From Nitrospirales bacterium (GTDB lineage Bacteria; Nitrospirota; Nitrospiria; Nitrospirales; UBA8639): 64,000 nucleotides of DNA. Positions 51,512 through 60,974 of the stretch are shown piece after piece. The stretch lies in assembly GCA_965223295.1 (NCBI GenBank), contig CBDCWC010000002.1, positions 768,001 to 832,000 on the forward strand. The letters run 5' to 3'. A model generated the notes under the pieces. It was given only the letters and a program-made list of their open reading frames with translations, made no database searches and had not been told where the DNA came from. Numbering within the stretch: the first letter of the stretch is position 1; each line of letters begins with the position of its first letter. A program made the translations under genes and the position numbers.

Positions 51512-54500
51512 CTATGAGTCAGGCGGCGGTTCAAAGTTGATTTTTCGTTTATTCATATCACTCTCGCGCGCTTTTCTTAAATTTTCGATCAAACCTTTAC
51601 ACCGTGCACTGTCATCGGCAGTCGCAAATTCTGGGAAAGGAAAGCTAGGGTCGACACTAAAGCTGGGATTCATAAACGTACCAGTCAGATGCAAAGGACC
51701 ACGTGAGCTTAAAAAAGTAAAATCCTTTGGATAAGGATTGACCGTGAGATCCAATTGCTCTTTGCGCAGATCGATTGTTCCATGGCCTTTGAATTTTGTG
51801 TCTTTGGTATCAAATATGAATGGTTTAATGGTGACAATACCACTGCGAGCTTGGAAATCTGTATAAGCACAATCAATCGGAATACCAGTATCCGTACCAA
51901 GGAATGCGGTTGCCGACTCAGCAAAATCCAATCCTGCCAACTCAACCAACAGTGAATCGACTTTTCCTCCGGTCATCGTTAAGTACAGACCACCATCTGC
52001 TGAGGCAAACCAATTCGCCAAGGATTCTCCTTTCATCCAGAGCGTGGCTCGCCCCCCAATGTTGCCAAATGAATCATCCGCCATTTCAAAAGAGGCAAGC
52101 AACTTACTCAAGTGTACTTGATCGAAGTCGGTTTTCAGCTTGGCTTGTATGGGTGACATACGCGCATTGACTTCCAGTTCCATCGCCACGGTTCCGTTGG
52201 CTACGCCAAAGTCTAAGCGGTTCATCCGCATGTATCCGTCTTGAAGTGCCATTTTGAGCAGAAAATCGTCGATCGGTAGATCGGGCGCTTGAACACGTTT
52301 TGCCCGATATTCCATATCCACATCCACATTTTGAAGTTTAGTAAAATCCATAGGCTTGTCAGGCAATAGCTTGTCTCGATCCTCAAATTTTTCAGCTTGT
52401 GCCTTTTGCTTTGCCGAAGCTGTCTCCTCTGGATCAGGGCGCGCGCCTGTTAAACCGGCAAGATCATCTAAATCTAGCTTGCGGGACTGCAACCGTGTGA
52501 ATACCATTGGCCGCTCTCCGCCAGTCGTCACGCGCACCGTACCAACTACGTCGCTGTCTCCTATCGTCCCCTCGAGATTTTCAAATATGGAAATTTGTTG
52601 ACCATCTTCTAGCTGCTTTTTTTGCCATTTAGCATGTAAATCGTAGGGAGGTAAGTGTGGCATGGGAATGTTAATCGACTCCCCAAAACGGAACAAATCT
52701 GGACCTGCCAATCGTAGGGAGGTCGTGAGACTCTCTAGCGGAAAGAGATCGCCTACGTTTCCATTGATATCTGCCGTGGTTTCTCGAATGTGCAGAGTAG
52801 CATCGACCGGTAACGCCTGATAATTCTCGATGGCCTGACGCAGAGAACCGGTAGAGAGTGAAACATCCACGGGTATCCCCTGATACTCCACTTGTCCTTC
52901 GACCCTCATTTCTGATTCGAAACTATCAGTCTTCAGGCGTAGATCAGTCTTAGCCTGTAAATCGGGATCATCATACTGCAAGCGAACTTTCTCTATAAGT
53001 AATCGGTCAAGTAGCGCGTCGACGTTTAAATTGCTTCTCATATTTTGAGTCTTGGCAGGAAGCTTCAGTGTAATACGACCGCCAACTGTACCAAGTGCAG
53101 AGGCGTCATAGGCAAAAGCGGTGAGAGCTTCGTCAAGACCAACACGCTGAATTTCAGTACGCAAATTGCCCGCCAGACCAGGGGCCTGAAGGTTCAGACT
53201 TACCCTTGTATTGATCGTTCCTCCTCCAAGAGCAATGGACAGAGGAGCAATGCGGAGCAGACCCTCGCCTACAGATGCTTTAAGGGAAACGTCTTCCAGG
53301 GTCGCTCCTGGCAATACCAGTTGGTCTACATCTACACTGACCTTTCCATTCAGATTGGTAAGCCACTGTGGACTGCTTGGTTTTATGGTTAGATTTTCAG
53401 AAAGACTCGAATCCGATTGCTGAGCATCAACTGGGGACGGCTGAAGTGAATCTTCATCTGACTCTTTGCTCGGCATTAATGCTGTCACATCTATATTTTT
53501 CGATTTCAGCACAGCCTGAAAGCGCAATTTGTCAGCAGTATCGATCATAGCAACCCCAGCCATATTGCTTTCACCAACCTGGCTTATAAACTTGGTCATT
53601 TTCCAAATATTATCTTGTTTAGAAAGTGATCCACTCAGGGCCAAATTTTCCAACGTTGGAGGTTCGACTCCAAATAGGGCAGCGATGGTTGCAGGCCTTT
53701 CGCTTTCCACAAGGAATCGGAGGTCTATTTTCGTTGGTGGCCAACTCGGCACGACCGACGCAGTAACCGAAGCGGTTGCCTCAGCCAGCTTGAGGTTAAA
53801 AGCCACGGGTTGGAAAGCTTCATCAGCGCTGGGGTTCATCAACGAATCAGGTGCAGGTATGGTTAACGACAACTCTATCGGTTCATCGTGAATCTCGCCG
53901 TCAGCTTCTATAACTATATCCCTATCTGACAGTTCTTCATTGAGACCCGCAACAATTTTCGTGTTCGAGGAAGGGTCGGTGTAGTTGACATGGAGATTCT
54001 GGATGGTGGCCGAGTTCAGCTCTAGGCGATTTGCAGGTTTTTCTCCATCAGCTGCGGCAAAGTTGTTAGCATTGATAGCTAAACGATTGGTCGTAACGTT
54101 CACGGCTAACTCAATTGTCAGGTTTCCTGGAAATCTTGGGAGCGCGGTCGTTTTTTGATCGCGTACCGTTTCTGTTCCCATCGCATTCTCAGGCGATTGA
54201 GCTGTCTCAACCCGGAACTGTATGCGACCTCCTGCCAAATCCTCATCAGCAGATATGTGTGACTCGACATTGACTTGGGTCCCGTCTATCGTCCCGAATA
54301 GAGGATCAAAGGATAAAACATTATTCTCGAACTTCATTGCGATCTCTACATCTTTAATAGGGGCTTCTTGGGTTTCAATCAGATCAGCTTCGTATTTGAT
54401 GTTGGTTTGAAACGAGGCAGTAGCAATAAAATTTAAAAGTTTGGAAATTGGAGTGGTCACTGGTTCTGAACCTTTCTGCTCAGGCATAAATCCTTGAAGC

Positions 54501-55540
54501 TGTGCTATATCCAGTCGATCGGAATGTAAGTTACCTTCAACCCGTAACGGGTCGGCGTCGGGCAGGACTCGCAAGGAACCTCTCACATCGCTATTTGTCA
54601 CAGTGGCTTTCACTTGATTAATCGACCACTTGTCATCCAAGAGCTTCACATGACCGACCAACTGGTACGAGGGCAGCTTCGGCAACGTCATCTCAAATGC
54701 TTCATTCCAACCAGAGAGATTTTGACCTTCCAAACTGATTTGCAGGTCTGCCGTCTCAGGCAAGATTGGAGCATCAACTTTCCCTTCAATAAGCAACATA
54801 GTCTCAGCAGAACTGAGACGTAATTTCAATGAGTAGCCATTCGTGTCGTTTGCTTCCAGCATTGGTGGTTGACCTGCTGACAGATTGATCTTTAGCGGTT
54901 GTCCAAAAAGTTGTCCACCACCACTGGCTACAATACGGCCTTGGGCTCTCGGTGATTGTTGATTGCTGGATTTAAATGAGAGCTCAAGCAATGTGTCATA
55001 GTTTGGGTCGACATAGGTTAGGAGTCCATCATCTACCGAGAGCGATTCAATACGAGGCAGATTAAGCGTATCACCGTCTTTACCCTGACTGACGGAAGCT
55101 TGGTCTTCAGTTGAAGAAGGGATACCACCCTTTATTTCCCAATTTGCAGTACCTTGTGCAGATCGTTCTAAGTGAACGACAGGCTCGGTTGCATTTACTT
55201 CGGTGAACACTAGATCACCACTAAACAGCTCGAACACATCAATACCAACCTCTAACACATCCACAGAAGCCAGAGAGGGTTCCGAAGCCCAAGGTGGATT
55301 AGCCACTGATGCATTCTCCGCTCGTAGGAAGATAACTGTGCCAAGATCGATATCTATCGAGTCGATTGTCACATCTTGGCCTAGCAACTCTGTAAGTTTG
55401 TCTTCGGCAATGTTAGCAACCCACGGAGGATCAAGCCTTGATATACTTATTGCTCCACCGATAATCGTCACAAGAAATAACACGACTATCGAAACGATAA
55501 TAATTCGCCTGAGAGGGCTTTTCGTTTCATGTTGATTCAT
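51512..55540 (-). CDS. Large AsmA-family protein
   Basis: N-terminal TM and LERSAQGTANW. The LP.Y.L...SDV.G..RV...L.S..LD segment is repeated internally. C-terminal IDCAY..F....G and GTF..P motifs. Confidence 0.85.
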   Translation of the reverse strand: MNQHETKSPLRRIIIVSIVVLFLVTIIGGAISISRLDPPWVANIAEDKLTELLGQDVTIDSIDIDLGTVIFLRAENASVANPPWASEPSLASVDVLEVGIDVFELFSGDLVFTEVNATEPVVHLERSAQGTANWEIKGGIPSSTEDQASVSQGKDGDTLNLPRIESLSVDDGLLTYVDPNYDTLLELSFKSSNQQSPRAQGRIVASGGGQLFGQPLKINLSAGQPPMLEANDTNGYSLKLRLSSAETMLLIEGKVDAPILPETADLQISLEGQNLSGWNEAFEMTLPKLPSYQLVGHVKLLDDKWSINQVKATVTNSDVRGSLRVLPDADPLRVEGNLHSDRLDIAQLQGFMPEQKGSEPVTTPISKLLNFIATASFQTNIKYEADLIETQEAPIKDVEIAMKFENNVLSFDPLFGTIDGTQVNVESHISADEDLAGGRIQFRVETAQSPENAMGTETVRDQKTTALPRFPGNLTIELAVNVTTNRLAINANNFAAADGEKPANRLELNSATIQNLHVNYTDPSSNTKIVAGLNEELSDRDIVIEADGEIHDEPIELSLTIPAPDSLMNPSADEAFQPVAFNLKLAEATASVTASVVPSWPPTKIDLRFLVESERPATIAALFGVEPPTLENLALSGSLSKQDNIWKMTKFISQVGESNMAGVAMIDTADKLRFQAVLKSKNIDVTALMPSKESDEDSLQPSPVDAQQSDSSLSENLTIKPSSPQWLTNLNGKVSVDVDQLVLPGATLEDVSLKASVGEGLLRIAPLSIALGGGTINTRVSLNLQAPGLAGNLRTEIQRVGLDEALTAFAYDASALGTVGGRITLKLPAKTQNMRSNLNVDALLDRLLIEKVRLQYDDPDLQAKTDLRLKTDSFESEMRVEGQVEYQGIPVDVSLSTGSLRQAIENYQALPVDATLHIRETTADINGNVGDLFPLESLTTSLRLAGPDLFRFGESINIPMPHLPPYDLHAKWQKKQLEDGQQISIFENLEGTIGDSDVVGTVRVTTGGERPMVFTRLQSRKLDLDDLAGLTGARPDPEETASAKQKAQAEKFEDRDKLLPDKPMDFTKLQNVDVDMEYRAKRVQAPDLPIDDFLLKMALQDGYMRMNRLDFGVANGTVAMELEVNARMSPIQAKLKTDFDQVHLSKLLASFEMADDSFGNIGGRATLWMKGESLANWFASADGGLYLTMTGGKVDSLLVELAGLDFAESATAFLGTDTGIPIDCAYTDFQARSGIVTIKPFIFDTKDTKFKGHGTIDLRKEQLDLTVNPYPKDFTFLSSRGPLHLTGTFMNPSFSVDPSFPFPEFATADDSARCKGLIENLRKARESDMNKRKINFEPPPDS

Positions 55541-55712
55541 GGCACCTCTTACTCAACTCCCAGAACACATCGTGAAGAAAACGTAGCGTTGGACCTTGCA
55601 CCAAGAATTTGTCAGGAAGCACAACCCAGACTACTGCCATAAGGTTAAAATGCTTCCTCTTTATCTCCACTACGCTTGAGTCGTCTATAATAGAAATATA
55701 TGAAGTATTCAG

Positions 55713-56135
55713 GTGGAACCTGCATCACAAAGTCTCTTCTTGATTCATTTTCATCATGTCAAATATATGGACAGACATACCACAATTCGTTTGATTTACC
55801 CTTGTAGGAGTGGAAATGTCTCCTACCTACTATTGGGTCATGCATGTTCATGCGTTCTGATTCTGCTATTTACACTTGCAGAATTTGGATGTGGGAATTT
55901 TCTAGGTCAAGACGCTGAGGTTATCGATGGAAATGAGCGGTTGGCTGCCCAAGTGAAAGTCGCTCTCGCCCAAGATTCCCTACTCAATGCCGCTCCTATA
56001 GACGTCAAGGCCAATAACGGAGTCGTGACCTTAGGAGGTTTCGTCGAAGATGAGTCACAACGGGAGCAAGCCAGGAAAGCCGCTCGAAGTGTGGCAGGAG
56101 TACAATCCGTTGTTAATAAGATTACAATCAAATGA
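55713..56135 (+). CDS. BON-domain lipoprotein
   Basis: FGC lipobox-like site; IDVKANNGVVTLGGFV..VAGVQSVVN. The start is uncertain. Confidence 0.8.
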   Translation: MEPASQSLFLIHFHHVKYMDRHTTIRLIYPCRSGNVSYLLLGHACSCVLILLFTLAEFGCGNFLGQDAEVIDGNERLAAQVKVALAQDSLLNAAPIDVKANNGVVTLGGFVEDESQREQARKAARSVAGVQSVVNKITIK

Positions 56136-56218
56136 CAGCCCTTGATTCAGCTATAGAAAATGAGAAATTATTCAGCATCAGAGCTATAGCAATTGATCTT
56201 CGGTGTCATACCGACAAG

Positions 56219-57187
56219 TTATGGGATTTTTCCTACCGTATCGGCTGCATAGGCTTCTCGTTCTCCGAGCGGTTCTCGTGTTCCTACCGTTGTATCTTTT
56301 TTTGTTTGTCGTTCCATTTCTGCATTTACTTCTGCTCCCAGCAGTACGATGTAGGCCGTGACAAAAAACCACATAAATAGGATGACGGCTGATCCGAGCG
56401 AGCCGTATGTTTTATTGTAATTGCCAAAATTTTCGACATAGAGTGAGAAAAGAATCGACCCAGTGATCCACAAGAATGTCGCAAGCCCTGCTCCTAAGGA
56501 GACCCATTGCCATTGAGGTTTATCACGACAGGGCGCATATCGATAGAGCACAGCTAACCCTGCCACCACGACCATAGCTAGCAGCGGCCAACGCAGAAGG
56601 GAGAGCAGAGTTTGCCCCAATTGGCCAAGACCGAAACTCTCGAGCATTGATGGAAGAAACGTGATAAAGGTAAGTGCGACGACGATAAAAATAATAGCAC
56701 CGATTGTTAACAGGAGTGCGATTCCTGTGAGTTTGAGAAATCCACGTGCTTCCTCTTCATCATAGGCAATATTCAGCGATGTAACGAGAGCTTTCATTCC
56801 TTTGGAAGCACTCCACAGCGCAAGCAAGACACCACCAATAGCACCAAGGCTCAAAGCCGACCCGGTATTCTTCGTTACCGATTTGAGCTGTCCATCGATG
56901 ATAGAATGTGCTTCTTGAGGCAGCAGGGAACTTGCCGACGTCAAATGTCGTTCAATGTCGTGAGGATCCATGATAATTCCATACAGTGAAACAAGAGCCG
57001 CCAATGCAGGAAATAACGCCAGGACGCCATAAAACGCGACTCCTGCTGCCACAATTGAAGCATTGTCCTTACTTAGTTGATCTTTGACTCTGAGTGCAAT
57101 ATCTCGCCAACCTGAGGAAGGAATCTCACTAGGACTAGTTGCGGTTCGACCTCGATTCCCCTTTTTTTCTGACGCTAAATTAGCCAT
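56219..57187 (-). CDS. YihY/BrkB family membrane protein
   Basis: AAGVAFY..LALFPAL and YNKTYGSLG...LLGAEVN. Confidence 0.92.
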   Translation of the reverse strand: MANLASEKKGNRGRTATSPSEIPSSGWRDIALRVKDQLSKDNASIVAAGVAFYGVLALFPALAALVSLYGIIMDPHDIERHLTSASSLLPQEAHSIIDGQLKSVTKNTGSALSLGAIGGVLLALWSASKGMKALVTSLNIAYDEEEARGFLKLTGIALLLTIGAIIFIVVALTFITFLPSMLESFGLGQLGQTLLSLLRWPLLAMVVVAGLAVLYRYAPCRDKPQWQWVSLGAGLATFLWITGSILFSLYVENFGNYNKTYGSLGSAVILFMWFFVTAYIVLLGAEVNAEMERQTKKDTTVGTREPLGEREAYAADTVGKIP

Positions 57188-57372
57188 GACTTAAATCTAA
57201 TCGTTTTTACAACGGAATAGTCTGATGATCATCTTTTACCCATTTCCACAAACTTATAGAAGCGTAACCTGATCACGGTCAGTTCCTTAGCTTAAAAAGG
57301 GTTAATTTTGAGATATAGAGCAAGCCGTTTATGTGTTGCTCGATTTTCTCCCACCTTTTTTTCGACTACCTC

Positions 57373-57561
57373 TTAATAAATTTTCTTACTTCTTCCAGAA
57401 CCTCCTGGCTTTTTACCACCCCCACTCATTTTATTGACCGTTGCCCAGGCGCGTTCTTTTGCTTGATCTTCTGGCAAGCCACGTTCCTGATAACCGTCTT
57501 TAATATGATTCGCTTGGCGCTTCTGCTTCTCTGTGTATTTTGATTTATCTCCCCTCGGCAT
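57373..57561 (-). CDS. Small basic stress-cluster protein
   Basis: MPRGDKSKYTEKQKRQANHI..GY..RG...A..RAWATVNK, a recognisable small-protein pattern. Confidence 0.8.
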   Translation of the reverse strand: MPRGDKSKYTEKQKRQANHIKDGYQERGLPEDQAKERAWATVNKMSGGGKKPGGSGRSKKIY

Positions 57562-57582
57562 CGTTCTTTTCCGTAAACTTCT

Positions 57583-57918
57583 TTATTGCTTGGAAACTGG
57601 CTCGTGTTCTTCTGGAACATCCACATCAATGTCCGGTACAGGAACCTCTACCGTATCTGTGCTCACATCTACATCTGGCGTTCGCACATCAACATCAGGA
57701 AGTTTGCCGCTTGTCGCATCCACGTCAACATCTGGCATCTGAGCTTCCTGAGTCTGCTTAAACTCAGGCAGCTGCCCTCCCGTTGCGTCCACATCGACAT
57801 CTGGTAGCTTGCCCTCCTTCTCGACATCCACGTCACACGCTACTAGGGCAAACATTAAACCCGCTGCACAAGCTACTATGAACCATTTGCTTAACATATG
57901 ACTTCTCCTTGTCTCCAA
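57583..57918 (-). CDS. Lipoprotein with PDVDV repeats
   Basis: LVAC lipobox; repeated (L/M/T)PDVDV. Confidence 0.75.
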   Translation of the reverse strand: METRRSHMLSKWFIVACAAGLMFALVACDVDVEKEGKLPDVDVDATGGQLPEFKQTQEAQMPDVDVDATSGKLPDVDVRTPDVDVSTDTVEVPVPDIDVDVPEEHEPVSKQ

Positions 57919-58071
57919 TTAATCGAGACACATAATCGTTGATGACTCGAATTGATATCATGTATTTCCACTATGGCCCTTATAGACAAAACAATATCGT
58001 ATCTACTAGACGAATGAGAGCTCAGTTACGCCGTTTCATAAAACCACATTAGAGCGCAAGTGTTTGTATTA

Positions 58072-59016
58072 TTAGGCTTTACTCCCATGGGCAGAAAATT
58101 CTGAAGTTAGCCCCTGTTTTTGGAGTTCTTCCTTAGCCTTTTCCGTTGCAGTTTCTTGAACCTTTTCAGTCGCCTGTACGACTTTGTCGCCTATTTCTTG
58201 TGCTTTGTTCCGTGCTTGATCCACCAGAGTATCACGGGCCTCTCCCATCCATTCGTCTTCCTGGCGGGTCCCAGGTGCGGAAAGTCCAACCGCTGCACCA
58301 ACGGCAAATGCCATCGCACCCACACCCCAAGGACTTTCCTGGAATGTTTCATCAAACCCGCGTTTGGCACGACGGGTTCGCTCTTGTACTTGATCTTTTA
58401 ATTCCCCTGCTCGATGTTGAACCTGAGTAGAGAATCCTTCAACTTGGCCCTTGACCCGTCCACTCAATTCGCTCGCACTTTGCTGGATTGTCTGAGCCGT
58501 TTCACCAACTTTGCCTTGAACTGTTTCGGCAGCGCCCTCGACCCTGGCCTTAAGGGCTTGAGCCGTTTCACCAGCTTTAATTTGTAACTCTTCTAACCTA
58601 CTTGATTCACGATCAACATAGGGATCATAGGGATTACGATAGGCAGTTGATCTACTGTATTCAGGCAAATATGCCTCATGAGATTCATCCGATTTCGCTT
58701 TCAAAAGCCATGCCAATCCCAATCCGATCAGTGCCACTGGTACTGGGTTCTGCGTAATGATATCTGTGACATTCCCGCCCCATCTCCTTGCCGTATAACG
58801 CGCTGATTGAGCCATATCTTCTACCTTTCCGACAGTCGCGTCTCGCACTTCCTGTTTGAGCCGATCGGGCGACAGCCTAGCTTGAATGTTGGTAATCGTT
58901 TCTTTGACTTCTGCTCTGGTTCGTTCCACGCGCGCGCGAAGCACATCTGTCTTTTCTGAGGGATTTTCTTCACCATCCTCAACGCGAACGTTTATCTCAT
59001 TTGTTGGGCGACCCAT
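58072..59016 (-). CDS. DUF3618-containing protein
   Basis: LRARVERTRAEVKETI..IQARLSP, NPVPVALIGLG and P.TRQED.WMG. Confidence 0.85.
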   Translation of the reverse strand: MGRPTNEINVRVEDGEENPSEKTDVLRARVERTRAEVKETITNIQARLSPDRLKQEVRDATVGKVEDMAQSARYTARRWGGNVTDIITQNPVPVALIGLGLAWLLKAKSDESHEAYLPEYSRSTAYRNPYDPYVDRESSRLEELQIKAGETAQALKARVEGAAETVQGKVGETAQTIQQSASELSGRVKGQVEGFSTQVQHRAGELKDQVQERTRRAKRGFDETFQESPWGVGAMAFAVGAAVGLSAPGTRQEDEWMGEARDTLVDQARNKAQEIGDKVVQATEKVQETATEKAKEELQKQGLTSEFSAHGSKA

Positions 59017-59384
59017 TGTGTATCCTCCTTAAGAGCATTAATGGCTTGTTCAGGAACCGGGCTCACGTGTTTAAGATCATTTAATCCTTTCTGAATCAAT
59101 CCGTAACCTATAGCCACGACCATAATGCCAACCATGAGTGCTGCTACCCAACCAGGAAAAAATTGGGCAACTAATAATACAGCCGCAGCTAATAAGACCA
59201 AGAGTCCTCCATAGGCCAACGCAGCCCCAATTCCTACAAAAAGGAGATCTTCCCCTGCACGTGAAACTTTTTGGGACATCTCGACCTTGACCAATTCTAC
59301 TTCCTGCTTGACTAAGGCCTTAGCTTCATAAACCAGTTCTCTTAGCAACTCGCTCAATGATTGTTCCTGCTCCATTCGTATCAT
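58992..59384 (-). CDS. Holin-like (YhjD/YqjE-type) membrane protein
   Basis: SLSELLREL...LVKQEVELVKVE, two TMs, then P.QAI..LKED. Confidence 0.85.
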   Translation of the reverse strand: MIRMEQEQSLSELLRELVYEAKALVKQEVELVKVEMSQKVSRAGEDLLFVGIGAALAYGGLLVLLAAAVLLVAQFFPGWVAALMVGIMVVAIGYGLIQKGLNDLKHVSPVPEQAINALKEDTQWVAQQMR

Positions 59385-59465
59385 GGTTTCCCCTTTTTTG
59401 ATGTTATTACCGTCTATGCTAAAGACAGACGTTAGGCTACGTCCGCGATCCCTGCCAAGATATCC

Positions 59466-60005
59466 TTACACTCTCATTGGTTGAGACATTGCATCTCTTT
59501 CTTTCAGCTGTCGACGGCTATTCTCGGCACTTCTCCGTTGTCGGGAGCTCTTAATAAAACGAGCCGCTATCAGGCCTAACCCGAATGTCACTCCAATGAA
59601 TAACTCCGGATTTCTCCGAGCCAATCCTTCGCCTTCCTCAATAAGTTGATCCACGTCTCGATTAGAAAGGTATCCTGATACTCTCTCTAGTTGCTGAGCA
59701 GCTTTTTCGGTGTATTGAGCAACAACATTCTGATCTCGCTGCCGGAGCTGGGCTCCAGTTTGCCGAAACGCTTGTGCAAGATTTCCTAATTCTCCAACAG
59801 CTTTTTCCTTTCCATCCCCTAGAGCTGACTTTGTCTTACGTTGGGCCTCATCAGCATAGGCTTTTACCTCGGCTTGTCCTTGTTTCACCATGGAGCCTGC
59901 CTTCTCTTGAATCGTTTCTTTTATACCCTCAGACCTTACATCCTGACCTTTGCCTTGGATTGTAGATTCTGCTTTACGTTTGGCTAACTCTTCCATAATC
60001 ATCAA
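59466..60005 (-). CDS. Helical protein with C-terminal membrane anchor (ElaB/YqjD-like tail)
   Basis: ARRNPELFIGVTFGLGLIAARF. Confidence 0.7.
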   Translation of the reverse strand: MMIMEELAKRKAESTIQGKGQDVRSEGIKETIQEKAGSMVKQGQAEVKAYADEAQRKTKSALGDGKEKAVGELGNLAQAFRQTGAQLRQRDQNVVAQYTEKAAQQLERVSGYLSNRDVDQLIEEGEGLARRNPELFIGVTFGLGLIAARFIKSSRQRRSAENSRRQLKERDAMSQPMRV

Positions 60006-60170
60006 CCTCCTTATATATAGATGTAAAAAATAATGAGATCTTCCTCAATCCCCAATTGTGAACTGTACCTAAGCCTGTCAGTCGCAAGGCACAAAGGCTT
60101 GCTGGGCTATATGGCTAGTGCGGAAATTTAATAAATAGGTAGTGTAGAGCTTAGGAAAGATTAAGAATAC

Positions 60171-60205
60171 TGGATAAATTCCAGTTTCATTCGAAAAAAT
60201 GTCCG
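60171..60205 (-). promoter_or_regulatory. Box upstream of the 60005-holin-DUF3618 operon
   Basis: TGGATA-N23-TGTCCG; TACACT 24 nt downstream. Confidence 0.6.
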
Positions 60206-60408
60206 TAGCTTACAAGATGGATGTTTGATATTTTCCCCAAAAAATAGGGAATCTTTCACAGATTCAAGGTTCAAGGCGAAATGATGCATCAAAATTTACG
60301 AAATCAACTGACTAAGCTTACAGGAAAATTCTCTGATCGATACTTCGATTGGAGAACAGAATAAAGTTAACGATGCCGTCGTGATTTCCACAGTCAAGGA
60401 GGGACTTT

Positions 60409-60876
60409 ATGAGTAAAAAAATGGCTTATCTCAGCACACATTTCATGATTTTCGTAATTTTCAGTTGTGCGGCTATCACTGTTGCCTATGCACAGCAAAG
60501 GGATTCATCAGAGGAATTGCCAGCATTTTCAGAAGTCGGCCCTTCGTTGCAAGAGTTGGGGGAAGCCCAGAGAGGTATTGATCGGTACGAGGAAGCTCAG
60601 GACGCGTTTAACGAAGGCGTTGAGGAGTTTACGGAAGATAGACTCTTTTATAAAGAGGCACAAGCCAAATTTAATCAAGCAAGAGCAACATATGCACAGG
60701 AGCGGCATAAATACAATAAAACTTTACAACAATTTGAGAAAGAGCGTGATCAATATTTAGAGGCTAAAGATAAATTTGTTGGAGCACGAAAAAGATTTCA
60801 AGAGGCAAGAAAAAACTTCTTTGGCAGTTCTATTAATAGCAACAGCTCCTCAAATTCTAGAAAAATGCGAAATTGA
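60409..60876 (+). CDS. Secreted coiled-coil protein
   Basis: Signal peptide and aromatic heptads (YEEAQDAF, FEKERDQY). Confidence 0.6.
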   Translation: MSKKMAYLSTHFMIFVIFSCAAITVAYAQQRDSSEELPAFSEVGPSLQELGEAQRGIDRYEEAQDAFNEGVEEFTEDRLFYKEAQAKFNQARATYAQERHKYNKTLQQFEKERDQYLEAKDKFVGARKRFQEARKNFFGSSINSNSSSNSRKMRN

Positions 60877-60974
60877 CGTGAGCAATCGCCTTTTTGAGAT
60901 AACAATATTAAATCTAAAGTTAGAGATTCAAATTCACAAAAATAACTAAAACATTCAAAGTAGGAGGAAGCATA

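Noticed and set aside
57983-57992. Half-sites such as TAGACAAAA 57983, TAGACAAAC 22527 and TGGACAA 11869, and the degenerate 49201-49235 site
   Set aside because: The partner half is missing or weak at the expected spacing, so these cannot be separated from chance.
58992-59384. Holin-like gene as evidence of a prophage
   Set aside because: No phage genes are present, and this family commonly sits with DUF3618 in stress clusters.
3456-60205. The boxes as CRISPR repeats, REP/MITE elements or attC-like sites
   Set aside because: They are dispersed, with unconserved and non-complementary spacers, sit only 5' of genes in matching orientation, and no cas or integrase gene is present.
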